A stretch of 64,000 bases of DNA, from NCBI GenBank assembly GCA_026392515.1, contig JAPLBY010000021.1, positions 4,606-68,605 of the forward strand. Reading direction: 5' to 3'. Below the pieces are notes generated by a model, which saw only the letters and a list, made by a program, of their open reading frames with translations, had not been told where the DNA came from and ran no database searches. This document shows, piece by piece, positions 49,541-59,916 of the stretch. The position numbers and the translations under genes are program-made. Source of the stretch: Actinomycetota bacterium. Lineage in GTDB: Bacteria; Actinomycetota; Actinomycetes; S36-B12; UBA5976. Numbering within the stretch: the stretch's first letter is position 1; each line of letters begins with the position of its first letter.

Positions 49541-50812
49541 ATGACTGGCATTCCTTCCAAAACCGACGTTGTCATCATCGGCGCCGGCGTGGCTGGATTA
49601 GCCGCAGCTCGTCGACTTTCAATTGCTGGGCGAGAAGTTTGTGTAATCGATGCCAGTGATGAAATTGGTGGCCGAATCCGAACTGATCAAGTTGATGGAC
49701 TCCTCCTGGACCGAGGCTTCCAGCTTTATAACCCTTCTTATTCCGAAGGCATTAGCGTTCTTGATTTAAAGGCTCTGGATGTAAAGAGTTTTTCACCTGG
49801 CGTAATAGTTTCCATAGATGGTCGAAACTACAAAATGGCTGACCCTAAACGTGAACCAAGTTGGGCAATCGATAGTTTGCTAGCCCCGGTTGGGAAGATG
49901 TCTAGCAAAGTGAAGTTCGCTAAGTACGCAGTTTCGTTGGCCTTAACCAAATCAGGTTCGAAAACCTACGACCAGCGCACTGATGCCTTTCTGCGGGCGA
50001 AGTTTGGTCGAGACTTAACCGATAAAGTTCTGCGACCTTTTCTAGCTGGAGTTTTTCTTGAGCCAGAACTGGCAACTTCAAAAAGATTCCTAGACATTGC
50101 CCTTAAGTCCTTCATCGCCGGCTCCCCTGGTGTTCCACGCGCAGGCATGCAAGCCATTCCGCGGCAATTAGCAACCCAGTTACCAAGCGGCAGCATTCAT
50201 CTAAATGTGACGGCTCAAGCTGTTGCCAGCACCATGGTGCGCACGGATCAAGGTGACATTAGATGTCGATCTGTAGTTATCGCGACAAACGCTCGAAGCG
50301 CGGCGCTCTTGATTCCAAGTCTCAAGGTTCCATCAAGCAATGCAGTTACTACTTGGTACCACCTTGCTGACTGTGCTGGATCTGACCTGACTGAAGGCAA
50401 AAGTACTTTAGTTATTGATGGAAAGAAGTTCAATGGGCCACTAGATGATCCATCACGTCCACTTGTAAATACTGTTGTGATGACCAATGCCGCGCCATCT
50501 TATGCAACCAACGACCGCACTTTGATTTCATCCTCTGCGCTAGGCGTTCACCCTTCAGCACAATCAGAACAGCAAGTACGTTCGCATCTTGCTGCGCTAT
50601 ACAAAGTGCCTACAAGTAACTGGACTCACGTTGCTACTTATCCAATTCCAGATGCGCTGCCAATGATGACGGCGCCACATGATGTTGAGCAATCAGTTCG
50701 ACTTTCTGATGGCGTCTACATTGCCGGTGATTATCGACAGGTTTCTTCAATTAATGGTGCTTTGGCTAGCGGTAGACGTTCTGCTGAAGCGTTACTTACT
50801 GACGATCTTTAA
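49541..50812 (+). CDS. FAD-dependent oxidoreductase (amine oxidase / phytoene dehydrogenase-like)
   Basis: Motifs IGAGVAGL, GGRIRTD..DG..LDRGFQ and AGDY...SINGALASG. Confidence 0.82.
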   Translation: MTGIPSKTDVVIIGAGVAGLAAARRLSIAGREVCVIDASDEIGGRIRTDQVDGLLLDRGFQLYNPSYSEGISVLDLKALDVKSFSPGVIVSIDGRNYKMADPKREPSWAIDSLLAPVGKMSSKVKFAKYAVSLALTKSGSKTYDQRTDAFLRAKFGRDLTDKVLRPFLAGVFLEPELATSKRFLDIALKSFIAGSPGVPRAGMQAIPRQLATQLPSGSIHLNVTAQAVASTMVRTDQGDIRCRSVVIATNARSAALLIPSLKVPSSNAVTTWYHLADCAGSDLTEGKSTLVIDGKKFNGPLDDPSRPLVNTVVMTNAAPSYATNDRTLISSSALGVHPSAQSEQQVRSHLAALYKVPTSNWTHVATYPIPDALPMMTAPHDVEQSVRLSDGVYIAGDYRQVSSINGALASGRRSAEALLTDDL

Positions 50813-51531
50813 GCCAAACTTCCTGGCTCGAGCACAGTCTCATTAACTTCGCCCGCAATAACTTCTACTCGGTAAGCCTTGGCCTTGCTATCAGCGGTAT
50901 CAACTACAACTTCAATCGGATTCACGCCTTCGTAAACAACGGCTGCGTGGTCATCGGTTGCATATGAAAGTGGCAAAGTTCCACCCAAAACTAGCGAATA
51001 CAAAAGTGGCCTGCGCTGGGCTTCAGTGTCATAGTGAACGCCATTTCCATACGGCAAAAGAGCTAAACCGTTAGTTACGGTTTCGAGTTTTGGTCCGAAT
51101 GAATCAGTTGGGCCACCTACGTGCCAACAGATTGACCCAGCACTAACGCCACCTAGAACTACGCCACGGCTCCAAGCATCTTTTGCTGCTGCGTCGACTC
51201 CGTGTAATTGCCACAGTGCTAAAAGATTTGCCACCGATCCGCCACCGACCCAAACTAAATCGGCACGTCCAAAAGCTTCTTCGACTGGAACGTTGGGTTG
51301 TGTGAACAAGGCCAGATGTTCCACGTCGACACCAAGCCCTGAAACAGCCTGATAACTAGTTGCTAGGTAGCTCGGGTTATCTCCACTCGCAGTTAAAACA
51401 AACAAAACTCGCGGTCGAGTTTTACCGGTCAGCTCAAGAGCCCGTTTAAAGATTTGCCCAGGCTTAACTACTCCCCAGCGATCGGTTTGAATAAAACCGC
51501 CGCTGGAGGCGACTATGTGGCGCTTGGTCAA
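50809..51531 (-). CDS. Peptidase E (S51 family)
   Basis: Motifs TASGD, VGGGSVANL, GVSAG nucleophile elbow and GVHYD. Confidence 0.85.
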   Translation of the reverse strand: MTKRHIVASSGGFIQTDRWGVVKPGQIFKRALELTGKTRPRVLFVLTASGDNPSYLATSYQAVSGLGVDVEHLALFTQPNVPVEEAFGRADLVWVGGGSVANLLALWQLHGVDAAAKDAWSRGVVLGGVSAGSICWHVGGPTDSFGPKLETVTNGLALLPYGNGVHYDTEAQRRPLLYSLVLGGTLPLSYATDDHAAVVYEGVNPIEVVVDTADSKAKAYRVEVIAGEVNETVLEPGSLA

Positions 51532-53735
51532 ACTTTTTCTACTTCCAACTTGGCTTCTTCTTGAAGCGGTCCTTCGCTCTTACCAAGCTTGCTCGGCCAC
51601 CAGATCTTTGCACCAAGGTCGTATGAAAGCGCAGGAACTAGCAAACTTCGCACCAGAATCGTGTCCAGTAAGACACCGAAGGCAACTGCGAAACCAAGTT
51701 CGGCTAGGAACACAAGTGGCAAAGTACCAAGTACTGCGAATGTCGCTGCTAACACGACGCCAGCGGAGGTAATTACACCACCTGTGACAGTTAGACCCTT
51801 CAAGATTCCAGGTCGAGTTCCCAACTTCTTAGCTTCTTCTCGCACGCGAGTCATCAAGAAGATGTTGTAGTCAATACCAAGTGCTACCAAGAACACGAAG
51901 GTAAAGAGGATAAATCCGCCATCAGCTCCTGGGAATCCAAATAAGTGAGTAAACACTAAGTGGCTAATTCCAAGAGTTGCGCCAAAGGAAATCACAGTTG
52001 TGATGATCAATAGAACTGGAGCAACCAAGCTGCGAAGCAAAAGTGCCAAGATAATTCCAATTACAAGCAAAGCAACAGGCAAAATCAAATTGCGATCTCG
52101 CTTATTTGTCTGCTGGATATCGAAGTTCACCGCAGTGGATCCACCGACCACGGCAGTCTCACTTGCTGCTTTAGCGGCTTCGCGAATTCCTGGAATAAAT
52201 CCTTGAGCTTCAACGGAGTCTGCTGGCTTATCAAGAATCAATTCAATTTGAACCAGCCCATCAACCACAATTGGCGTTGGTTCTGGTCCACCAGGAATGA
52301 ATGGTGTTGTTGTCTGCTTAACTTCATCAACACCTTCTACTTCGCTAAGTGCAGCGATTAACGAATCTTTATCTGCTTCAGGACCAATCACAATGGTTGG
52401 GTCACCAGATCCAGCTGGGAAGTGCTCAGAAAGCTTGTCCAAGCCAACTACAGAATCCGGGTTACCTGTAAATGCATCTGTTGTAGCTAACCCGCTTGTT
52501 TTCAGCTGAGTCGCAAATGACATTGCAATTAACAGTGTTACCCCAGTGACTATCCAAGTTTGGCGAGGACGACGTCCAACTAAGCCCGCAACCTTTGACC
52601 AAAGTCCAGAAAGCTTTTCATCCACATCATCATGAATAGGTCGTTTTGGCCAGAATACCCAGCGTCCAAGTAGCACCAAGATTGCTGGCAACATTGTGAG
52701 CATTACCAACTGCGCTGCCAATACACCGATTGCAGCAACTGGACCCAAGGAACGAACTGACTTTAAGTCTGAAAGACCCAGTACTAATAGACCTGAGATT
52801 ACTGTTAGGCCCGAAGCGACAATCGGTTCAACGACGCCTTTCCAGGCAACCACCATGGCGTCGATGCGGCTTTCATGGTGATGTAGTTCTTCTCGGTAGC
52901 GGGCAATCAATAACAGGGCATAGTCAGTTGCCGCACCAATCACCAGTACCGAAAGAATTCCCTGCGACTGACCATCTAGATCCAGGATGCCTTCCTTGGC
53001 CAGCAAGTACACAACGCCACCAGCAAGAGACAGTGCAATCACGGAACAGAACAGCGGAATGATCCAAAGCACTGGCGATCGGTAAACCACGATCAAAATT
53101 AAGGCAACTACGATCAAGGTCGTTCCTAATAGATTTGTATCAATTGATCCAAAGCTGTCGAATAAATCGGCCAGGATTCCACCAATTCCAGTGACGTGAG
53201 ATTCAAATCCCGAAACATCTGCTGCCTGTTCGCGAATTGCCTTAACCACCTCTGGCAAGGCTGGCTTTTCATTTTCAAGCGGGGCTGCAAGCGCGTCGTT
53301 ATCCAAAGGAATTGACATCAGAATTGCTTGACCATCTTGCGACGGAATTGGGATTAACTGGGCGCCATCCGCTAAGTAATCTCCGACAGTTGAATCGGTT
53401 CCTGGAACTGGAGCAGAGGCAACTGCGACACCAAACTCACCAACTGCAGCAAGTCCCGTTGCATCCGCAGGTCCGATAAAGATAACAAGTGCTGGAAGGA
53501 TTGAAGTGTCCTGAGAAGTGAATTTTGTTGCTAGTTCAGATGCCTTAGTTGACTCGGCTGAAGATGGCAAGAAACCAGCATTATCGTTTTGCTGAACGCT
53601 AGATAGCTTGCCAAAAAGTGGGCCAGCCACACCGCTGATCGCAAACCAAGCAATGATTACAGCAATTGCACCCCAAAGGATTTTTCTGCCCTTAGGAGAA
53701 GATTTAGTGGAGCGATGGGTGGTTTTTTCGGACAT
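51528..53735 (-). CDS. MMPL-family RND transporter
   Basis: Two MMPL halves, with motifs GAATDYALLLIARYREE, ALGIDYNIFLMTRVREE and LDTILVRSLLVPA. Confidence 0.9.
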   Translation of the reverse strand: MSEKTTHRSTKSSPKGRKILWGAIAVIIAWFAISGVAGPLFGKLSSVQQNDNAGFLPSSAESTKASELATKFTSQDTSILPALVIFIGPADATGLAAVGEFGVAVASAPVPGTDSTVGDYLADGAQLIPIPSQDGQAILMSIPLDNDALAAPLENEKPALPEVVKAIREQAADVSGFESHVTGIGGILADLFDSFGSIDTNLLGTTLIVVALILIVVYRSPVLWIIPLFCSVIALSLAGGVVYLLAKEGILDLDGQSQGILSVLVIGAATDYALLLIARYREELHHHESRIDAMVVAWKGVVEPIVASGLTVISGLLVLGLSDLKSVRSLGPVAAIGVLAAQLVMLTMLPAILVLLGRWVFWPKRPIHDDVDEKLSGLWSKVAGLVGRRPRQTWIVTGVTLLIAMSFATQLKTSGLATTDAFTGNPDSVVGLDKLSEHFPAGSGDPTIVIGPEADKDSLIAALSEVEGVDEVKQTTTPFIPGGPEPTPIVVDGLVQIELILDKPADSVEAQGFIPGIREAAKAASETAVVGGSTAVNFDIQQTNKRDRNLILPVALLVIGIILALLLRSLVAPVLLIITTVISFGATLGISHLVFTHLFGFPGADGGFILFTFVFLVALGIDYNIFLMTRVREEAKKLGTRPGILKGLTVTGGVITSAGVVLAATFAVLGTLPLVFLAELGFAVAFGVLLDTILVRSLLVPALSYDLGAKIWWPSKLGKSEGPLQEEAKLEVEKV

Positions 53736-53777
53736 GCGGGTAAAGCCTTTGCAGTTGGGTGAATCTAGACCTTAAAT

Positions 53778-53824
53778 CTAATTCACGTGTTCGAATCCGC
53801 CTAATTCACGTATTCGAATCCGCC
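53778..53824. repeat. 23-bp tandem direct repeat (2 copies, 1 mismatch)
   Basis: CTAATTCACGTGTTCGAATCCGC / CTAATTCACGTATTCGAATCCGC in the divergent MMPL-lipB intergenic region. Confidence 0.9.
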
Positions 53825-53879
53825 GATTTTGCCCCTATGTCTGAATTTGCTGGCTTTCCAGAGGACCTAGGCTTAAGCC

Positions 53880-54551
53880 GTGCACTTGGAAATCGATCGA
53901 ATTGGACTTGATGGCAACGCCATCGAGTATCAAACTGCGTGGGATTTGCAGCGCGAGTTACATCGCTATGTAGTCGCACGCAAATCCCCTGACACTGTCT
54001 TGTTACTTGAGCATCCGTCGGTTTATACCGCTGGTCGTCGCACCGAGGCTTTCGAACGACCAATCGATGGCACTCCAGTAGTTGATGTTGATCGTGGCGG
54101 CAAGATCACTTGGCACGGTCCTGGTCAATTAATTGGATACCCAATTTTGCACCTACCTTCACCAATGGACGTTGTGTCACATGTTCGAAGACTTGAAGAT
54201 GTATTGATTGGAATTTGTACTGATTTTGAATTAGAGACTGCGCGCATCAAAGGCCGAAGCGGTGTTTGGGTTTTAGATCCGATTGAAGATCGCAAGATTG
54301 CAGCTATCGGAGTTCGAGTTGCCCAAGGTGTCACAATGCACGGGTTCGCACTTAACTGCAACAACGACTTAGCTTGGTTTGATCGCATTGTGCCTTGCGG
54401 TATCCGCGATGCCGGCGTTACAACTTTGTCCAAAGAATTAGGCATTGACATTTCTGTAACTGAAGTTGCCGACCGCGCAGAATTTCACCTGCAAAGAGTC
54501 TTTGGCACCCTTGCACAAGAACTTTCTGGAAATGTACCCATCGATGCCTAG
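53880..54551 (+). CDS. lipB: Lipoyl(octanoyl) transferase
   Basis: Motifs [36 protein letters not shown] and VPCGI. Confidence 0.95.
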   Translation: MHLEIDRIGLDGNAIEYQTAWDLQRELHRYVVARKSPDTVLLLEHPSVYTAGRRTEAFERPIDGTPVVDVDRGGKITWHGPGQLIGYPILHLPSPMDVVSHVRRLEDVLIGICTDFELETARIKGRSGVWVLDPIEDRKIAAIGVRVAQGVTMHGFALNCNNDLAWFDRIVPCGIRDAGVTTLSKELGIDISVTEVADRAEFHLQRVFGTLAQELSGNVPIDA

Positions 54552-55086
54552 ATTCGTAGCGTTCACCCTAAAGATAATTGCCATCATCTTTGCTCCGATT
54601 GCCCTAGTTGGGCTAATCGTTTCAAAGCAAGCAGTATCTGGCGATCAGTATGTTGCAGTGCTAGAAATTTTAGGATCAAGTTCTGCGCCAGGAGCAATTG
54701 AAGTATTTGGTGCTGATATTCAAACTCTGTCTTCTTTGCTCAACTTCTTTGAAGCTTGGAGTTTGCCAGCATTGATTGCAATAGTTGCTCTGGGAACCAT
54801 CGGGTTGGTTTTAAGTAAAGACAAACTTCGAGCGACTTGGCACATCTGTTTAGGTTTGTTCTTTTCCTTTGGACTTTGGGCAGTACTACTTACGAGAAGC
54901 CAGCAAGCCTTTACCGAATTCATCGGATCAAACATTTCTGATTTGTCAGGGATTGTGATTGCGGCTTATCTGTCTGAGTTGAGCACAAGATTACTGACTC
55001 TAATCGGACTATTAGCGCTGTTGTTTGGAGCGCTAGCTTTGATCTTCTGGTTAGCCGTGAATAGACGCAAAGCGCGCTCCAGTTAA
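54544..55086 (+). CDS. Hypothetical membrane protein (about 4 TM)
   Basis: Fills the lipB-lipA gap, has hydrophobic segments, and its ATG overlaps the lipB end. No recognisable motif. Confidence 0.65.
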   Translation: MPRFVAFTLKIIAIIFAPIALVGLIVSKQAVSGDQYVAVLEILGSSSAPGAIEVFGADIQTLSSLLNFFEAWSLPALIAIVALGTIGLVLSKDKLRATWHICLGLFFSFGLWAVLLTRSQQAFTEFIGSNISDLSGIVIAAYLSELSTRLLTLIGLLALLFGALALIFWLAVNRRKARSS

Positions 55087-55108
55087 GCCCTCAACTAGAC
55101 TGCCTAAT

Positions 55109-56068
55109 GTGAGCACGCCATACCTGGATCAACCTGAGGGTAAGAATGACGGTCCCAAAATGCTGCGCATCGAAGCCCGAAACTCCCTTGTGCCAATTGA
55201 GCGCAAGCCGGAATGGATTAAGACCAAGCTAAAGACCGGACCTGAATACACCCAGATCATGGACTTAGTTAAGTCCGAAGGTCTTCATACCGTTTGCCAA
55301 GAAGCTGGCTGCCCAAACATTTTTGAGTGCTGGGAAGATCGCGAAGCAACTTTTCTAATTGGTGGTGACCAATGCACAAGGCGTTGTGACTTCTGCCAGA
55401 TTGATACTGGAAAGCCTGTTGATCTTGATCGCGATGAGCCTCGAAGAGTTGCTGAGTCTGTCAAAACTATGCAGTTGCGTTACGCAACCGTAACTGGTGT
55501 AGCTCGCGATGATCTGCCAGATGGTGGAGCTTGGCTATACGCCGAAACGATTCGACAAATTCATGAAGTCGTTCCAGGTTGCGGCGTTGAAATGCTTGCC
55601 CCCGACTTCGATGGCAAGCCAGATTTGCTCCAAGAAGTTTTCGAATCAAGGCCTGAAGTTTTTGCTCACAACATTGAAACCGTTCCCCGCATCTTCAAGC
55701 GAATTCGACCGGGATTTAAATATGAAAAATCTCTTGGAGTTATTACTGCAGCTCGAGATTTTGGATTGGTAACTAAAAGTAACTTAATCCTTGGAATGGG
55801 TGAGGAAATTGCTGAAGTGCACCAAGCACTAACAGATCTTCATGATGCTGGCTGTGACTTGGTGACGATCACTCAATACCTTCGACCATCCCTACGGCAC
55901 CATCCAGTTGATCGTTGGGTTCGGCCAGAGGAATTTGTGGAATTGGCCAAAGTCGCCGAAGAAATCGGATTTGCTGGTGTTCTTAGCGGACCACTGGTTC
56001 GATCCTCTTACCGGGCTGGAAAACTTTATAAGCAAGCCATTGCGGCTCGAAATTCAACAGACGTTTAA
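55109..56068 (+). CDS. lipA: Lipoyl synthase
   Basis: Motifs [20 protein letters not shown] and RSSY. Confidence 0.97.
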   Translation: MSTPYLDQPEGKNDGPKMLRIEARNSLVPIERKPEWIKTKLKTGPEYTQIMDLVKSEGLHTVCQEAGCPNIFECWEDREATFLIGGDQCTRRCDFCQIDTGKPVDLDRDEPRRVAESVKTMQLRYATVTGVARDDLPDGGAWLYAETIRQIHEVVPGCGVEMLAPDFDGKPDLLQEVFESRPEVFAHNIETVPRIFKRIRPGFKYEKSLGVITAARDFGLVTKSNLILGMGEEIAEVHQALTDLHDAGCDLVTITQYLRPSLRHHPVDRWVRPEEFVELAKVAEEIGFAGVLSGPLVRSSYRAGKLYKQAIAARNSTDV

Positions 56069-56077
56069 GGTAGAGAC

Positions 56078-56740
56078 ATGTCATTAAAGATGCAGGCGCC
56101 AAAAAAGCAACGCTGGTATGTCCAAATCAAGGAAACCTACAAGTTCGCCTCAAATGAGATCTCATTCTTGGCACTACGACTGCTGGGTGTTTTCGCGGTT
56201 GTATTTGGAATCATTTTCGCAATTGGTGTTGCCGTAGATCTGACTGCCTTTTTTGGAGTTTTTGCCTTTGGAACTGCCTTACTAGCGACAACATTCTTTT
56301 TTGGAAAAATCGCTGAGAATGCCGCCTACTCTTCGATTGCCGGACAAGTTGGTGCAGCAGCTTCCGTACTTAACGCAATCCGCGGTGCTTGGTTTGTAAC
56401 CCCAGCAGTAGGTGTCGACAAGAATCAAAACATGGTTCACCGTGTTGTCGGTCGCCCGGGAATCATCCTGGTTGGCGAAGGTAGTCGTCCAGGTGTTCTT
56501 TTAGCAGAGCAGCGCAAAGCGCACGCTCGTTACGCCCAGGGTGTGCCAATTCACGAAATCATCGTTGATGATGTTGATGTCACAATTTCAAACCTTCAAA
56601 AAACCGTAAAGAAACTTGGCAAGACCCTTCGCCCAGCTGAAGTTACCCAAGTAAGAAACCGTCTTAAGGCACTGCCACAAACAGCGCTGCCAATTCCAAA
56701 GGGACCGTTGCCTCAGGGTAGAAAGATGCCACGTCGATGA
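56078..56740 (+). CDS. DUF4191 membrane protein
   Basis: Motifs HRVVGRPGIILVGEG and PIPKGPLP, in the conserved position after lipA. Confidence 0.85.
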   Translation: MSLKMQAPKKQRWYVQIKETYKFASNEISFLALRLLGVFAVVFGIIFAIGVAVDLTAFFGVFAFGTALLATTFFFGKIAENAAYSSIAGQVGAAASVLNAIRGAWFVTPAVGVDKNQNMVHRVVGRPGIILVGEGSRPGVLLAEQRKAHARYAQGVPIHEIIVDDVDVTISNLQKTVKKLGKTLRPAEVTQVRNRLKALPQTALPIPKGPLPQGRKMPRR

Positions 56741-56937
56741 ACGAAGTTACCACCGCAATCTCAGATTTTTTCGCAAATGCTTCTGCTTCATACTTGCTTG
56801 GCATGGTTTTGATCGTGATTTTCCTAGTAAAGAAATTGATCAAGTGGGCAATTGTTATTGCCGTGCTGATGTTCTTTGTACTTCCCTACCTAGATGAGCA
56901 AGGATATTTAGACTCCGTAAAAGGGCTGTTTACTTAA
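56737..56937 (+). CDS. Small hypothetical membrane protein
   Basis: ATGA overlap with the DUF4191 stop; two hydrophobic segments separated by KKLIK. Confidence 0.6.
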   Translation: MNEVTTAISDFFANASASYLLGMVLIVIFLVKKLIKWAIVIAVLMFFVLPYLDEQGYLDSVKGLFT

Positions 56938-57727
56938 CCGCTTTTGCAACTTCGCCTGCGGTGGCAATCCAAACCTCATCGTGGGATTTAACAAAAGTTA
57001 AAAATCTTTCCAGCATCGCAACTCTGCTTGGACGTCCAATGAATTGTGGATGCATAGTTAACATCGTCAAACCCCCAAGTCCATGAATTCCTAAGAACTC
57101 TTCCCGCCAAATTTCTTCAACGTCTCGGGCTGAGCGAATTGTACGATTCCAGTCGCTGCCGACGCTAAACCAAAAGTACGGTGCATCATCCAACATCCAT
57201 TGCACGGGAAGCTCCACAACTTTATGAGCGGGATGAACATAGGGCTTGATGTCATCCATCATGCTCGATGAATACGTAAATCCATTTTCAACCAGCAGAT
57301 CAAAGGTGTTTGGGCTAACTTCCCATGAAGGAGATCGATATCCAGTAACTTCGACGCCGAATTGTTCCAGCGCTGCTTTCCCCTTCAAAAGTTCATCCAG
57401 TTCCTCTGACTTGGAAAGTTTTGTTGGAGAAGTGTGCGTGTATCCGTGGTGACCTAATTCATGTCCGTGTGCCACAATCTCGCGCATTTGATCTGGATAA
57501 CGTTCGGCGACCCGACCAGGCGTAAAGAAAGTTGCTGGCAAACCTAAATGATCTAGCGTGTCTAGAACCAGCCCCACACCAACTTTGGCTCCGTATGTTC
57601 CTTGCGAAAGCACACCAGGTCGATTCGCATTTTCCGGATTTTCAGCTAACCAAACTTCTTCGGCATCAAAATCAAAACTGATTACAAAAGCGGAAGTTTT
57701 TCCGGCTGGTAGTTCTAATGAAGACAT
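56930..57727 (-). CDS. Polysaccharide deacetylase (CE4; PuuE/PgdA-like)
   Basis: Motifs SFDFDAE, ATFFTPG, HELGHHGYTH, GYRSPSW, LDDAPYF and TMHPQFIGRP. Confidence 0.85.
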   Translation of the reverse strand: MSSLELPAGKTSAFVISFDFDAEEVWLAENPENANRPGVLSQGTYGAKVGVGLVLDTLDHLGLPATFFTPGRVAERYPDQMREIVAHGHELGHHGYTHTSPTKLSKSEELDELLKGKAALEQFGVEVTGYRSPSWEVSPNTFDLLVENGFTYSSSMMDDIKPYVHPAHKVVELPVQWMLDDAPYFWFSVGSDWNRTIRSARDVEEIWREEFLGIHGLGGLTMLTMHPQFIGRPSRVAMLERFLTFVKSHDEVWIATAGEVAKAVK

Positions 57728-57731
57728 GTTC

Positions 57732-58205
57732 CTATCTTGCCCGCATTGTTATTGTTCCAACAGCCTTATCGTGCAATCCACGACCATCCCGATCCCAAAT
57801 CAAGGCCGGGACCACTAAGCAAAGAAGTGCAGTGCGTACCAATACCTTCAAAAAAGTTACCCGCGCCGGACTTATCGAAATAAGTCTGATGCCAGCAAGT
57901 TTGTATCCAAAAGATGCGCCAGTGGTAGACGTGAGCAGCAATACTTGGGCTGCAAAAATTCCCAGGGTAGCTGCCGCAAAAACCTCAGACCCATAAACCA
58001 GATCTGGAAATGCCAGATGGGTAACCAAGATCGCAGCAATCCAGTCGATCATGAGAGCGATGATTCGCCTTCCCATCCGGGCAACTGAACCAATCCCCTG
58101 TTTGGGTAAGCCAAAGCGTTGCCCTGGGTAGCCAAAGTCCATGCCTTGTTCTTCAAGGGCTGCTTTGGGTCCAGATAGCCACGAACCAATGTCTCTTCTA
58201 TCCAC
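57732..58205 (-). CDS. RDD family membrane protein
   Basis: Motifs YPGQRFGLP, GRRIIALMIDW and DRDGRGLHD. Divergent from glnA as usual. Confidence 0.9.
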   Translation of the reverse strand: MDRRDIGSWLSGPKAALEEQGMDFGYPGQRFGLPKQGIGSVARMGRRIIALMIDWIAAILVTHLAFPDLVYGSEVFAAATLGIFAAQVLLLTSTTGASFGYKLAGIRLISISPARVTFLKVLVRTALLCLVVPALIWDRDGRGLHDKAVGTITMRAR

Positions 58206-58286
58206 GCTTTAACTCTAAATCTAAGCTGGGCTTATTGCGCTCTGGCGGGGTTCAATCAGGTGACTTAAAAACATTTGGGACTTGCT

Positions 58287-58324
58287 GTAACAAACCCGAA
58301 ACACATGGGACACGGCGTTGAAAT
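58287..58324 (+). promoter_or_regulatory. GlnR box upstream of glnA
   Basis: GTAAC-N6-GAAAC-N6-GACAC-N6-GAAAT matches the actinomycete GlnR consensus gTnAc-n6-GaAAc repeated twice. Confidence 0.85.
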
Positions 58325-58395
58325 CGTGTCCCGCTATGGTCAGAACCAGCCAGGGAAATCTCTGGAAAATCGCGGAATAACTAACTGGAGGATCA

Positions 58396-59841
58396 ATGTC
58401 CAACCTTGGACTCAAAACCGCCGAAGATGCACTTAAGTACATCAAGGACAACAACATTCGCTTTCTTGACGTGCGCTTCTGTGACTTGCCTGGCGTAATG
58501 CAGCACTTCAATGTGCCTGTTGAATCTGTAGATGCAGACTTCTTTGCAGGTGGCCAGATGTTCGATGGCTCGTCCATCCGAGGCTTCCAGTCCATCCATG
58601 AATCTGATCTAAAGCTTCTGGCAGATGTCACAACTGCATTTGTTGATCCATTCCGCAAAGAAAAGACTTTAGTTATGAACTTCTCAGTTCATGATCCATT
58701 CTCAGACGAGCCATACGCTCGCGACCCACGCAACGTGGCAGCAAAAGCTGAGGCTTACTTAACATCTACGGGTATCGCAGACACTGCATTCTTTGCTCCA
58801 GAGGCAGAGTTCTTCGTATTTGATTCAGCACGCTTCAAGACCAGCGCCAACGAATCCATGTATCACGTTGACTCAATTGAAGGTGCCTGGAACTCCGGAA
58901 ACGAGTTCAATGCTGACGGCAGCGACAACAGAGGCTACAAGACCCGCATCAAGGGTGGTTACTTCCCAGTTTCGCCAACCGATCAGATGGCTGACCTACG
59001 CGATCAAATGGTCGTGCGGTTAGCTGAAGTTGGCTTACTAGTTGAGCGCTCACACCATGAAGTTGGCACTGCAGGTCAGATGGAAATCAACTACCGCTTT
59101 AACACTTTGCTAAAGGCAGCTGACGAAGTCATGTTGTTTAAGTATGTAATTCGTAACACCGCTTGGGAAGGTGGCAAGACTGCAACCTTTATGCCAAAGC
59201 CGCTTTACGGTGACAACGGTTCAGGCATGCACGTACACCAGTCGCTATGGACAAAGGGTTCCCCATTGTTTTATGACGAGCGTGGTTACGGTGGTTTGTC
59301 AGATCTTGCGCGTTGGTACATAGGTGGCATCTTGAAGCACGCTCCGTCGCTTCTTGCCTTCACTAACCCAACAGTTAACTCTTACCACCGTTTGGTTCCA
59401 GGCTACGAAGCTCCAGTTAACTTGGTTTACTCACAGCGCAACCGTTCTGCTTGCCTACGTATTCCAGTAACTGGAAGCAATCCAAAGGCCAAGCGCATCG
59501 AATTCCGTTGCCCAGATCCATCTAGCAACCCATACTTGGCATTTGCTGCCATGTTGATGGCTGGACTTGATGGCATCAAGAACAAGATTGAGCCACATGC
59601 TCCGGTTGATAAGGATCTCTACGAATTGCCACCTGAGGAAGCCGCTGACATTCCTCAGGTTCCGTCTTCACTTCCAGAAGTACTTGAAGCACTGGAAGCA
59701 GATCATGACTACTTGCTAGAAGGTGGCGTATTCACCAAGGATCTAATTGAAACTTGGATTGAGTACAAGCGAACTGCAGAAATTGATTACGTTCGTTTGC
59801 GTCCACATCCAGCTGAGTTTGAGTTGTATTACGACCTATAA
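58396..59841 (+). CDS. glnA: Glutamine synthetase type I
   Basis: Motifs [33 protein letters not shown] and adenylylation site DKDLYEL. Confidence 0.97.
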   Translation: MSNLGLKTAEDALKYIKDNNIRFLDVRFCDLPGVMQHFNVPVESVDADFFAGGQMFDGSSIRGFQSIHESDLKLLADVTTAFVDPFRKEKTLVMNFSVHDPFSDEPYARDPRNVAAKAEAYLTSTGIADTAFFAPEAEFFVFDSARFKTSANESMYHVDSIEGAWNSGNEFNADGSDNRGYKTRIKGGYFPVSPTDQMADLRDQMVVRLAEVGLLVERSHHEVGTAGQMEINYRFNTLLKAADEVMLFKYVIRNTAWEGGKTATFMPKPLYGDNGSGMHVHQSLWTKGSPLFYDERGYGGLSDLARWYIGGILKHAPSLLAFTNPTVNSYHRLVPGYEAPVNLVYSQRNRSACLRIPVTGSNPKAKRIEFRCPDPSSNPYLAFAAMLMAGLDGIKNKIEPHAPVDKDLYELPPEEAADIPQVPSSLPEVLEALEADHDYLLEGGVFTKDLIETWIEYKRTAEIDYVRLRPHPAEFELYYDL

Positions 59842-59851
59842 GCAATTTGCT

Positions 59852-59894
59852 AAAGGGCACTCGACATTAACCACGTCGGGTGCCCTTTGTTTTT
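59852..59894 (+). terminator. Intrinsic terminator after glnA
   Basis: AAAGGGCACTCGAC-loop-GTCGGGTGCCCTTT followed by GTTTTT. Confidence 0.85.
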
Positions 59895-59916
59895 GCCAGT
59901 TGAATAGAGTCAACTC

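Noticed and set aside
53788-53824. tRNA gene suggested by GTTCGAATCC
   Set aside because: No cloverleaf, acceptor stem or D/anticodon arms can be formed. Kept only as a repeat.
58221-58658. 145-aa ORF antisense to the glnA 5' end
   Set aside because: It is a shadow ORF overlapping glnA and its GlnR-controlled promoter.
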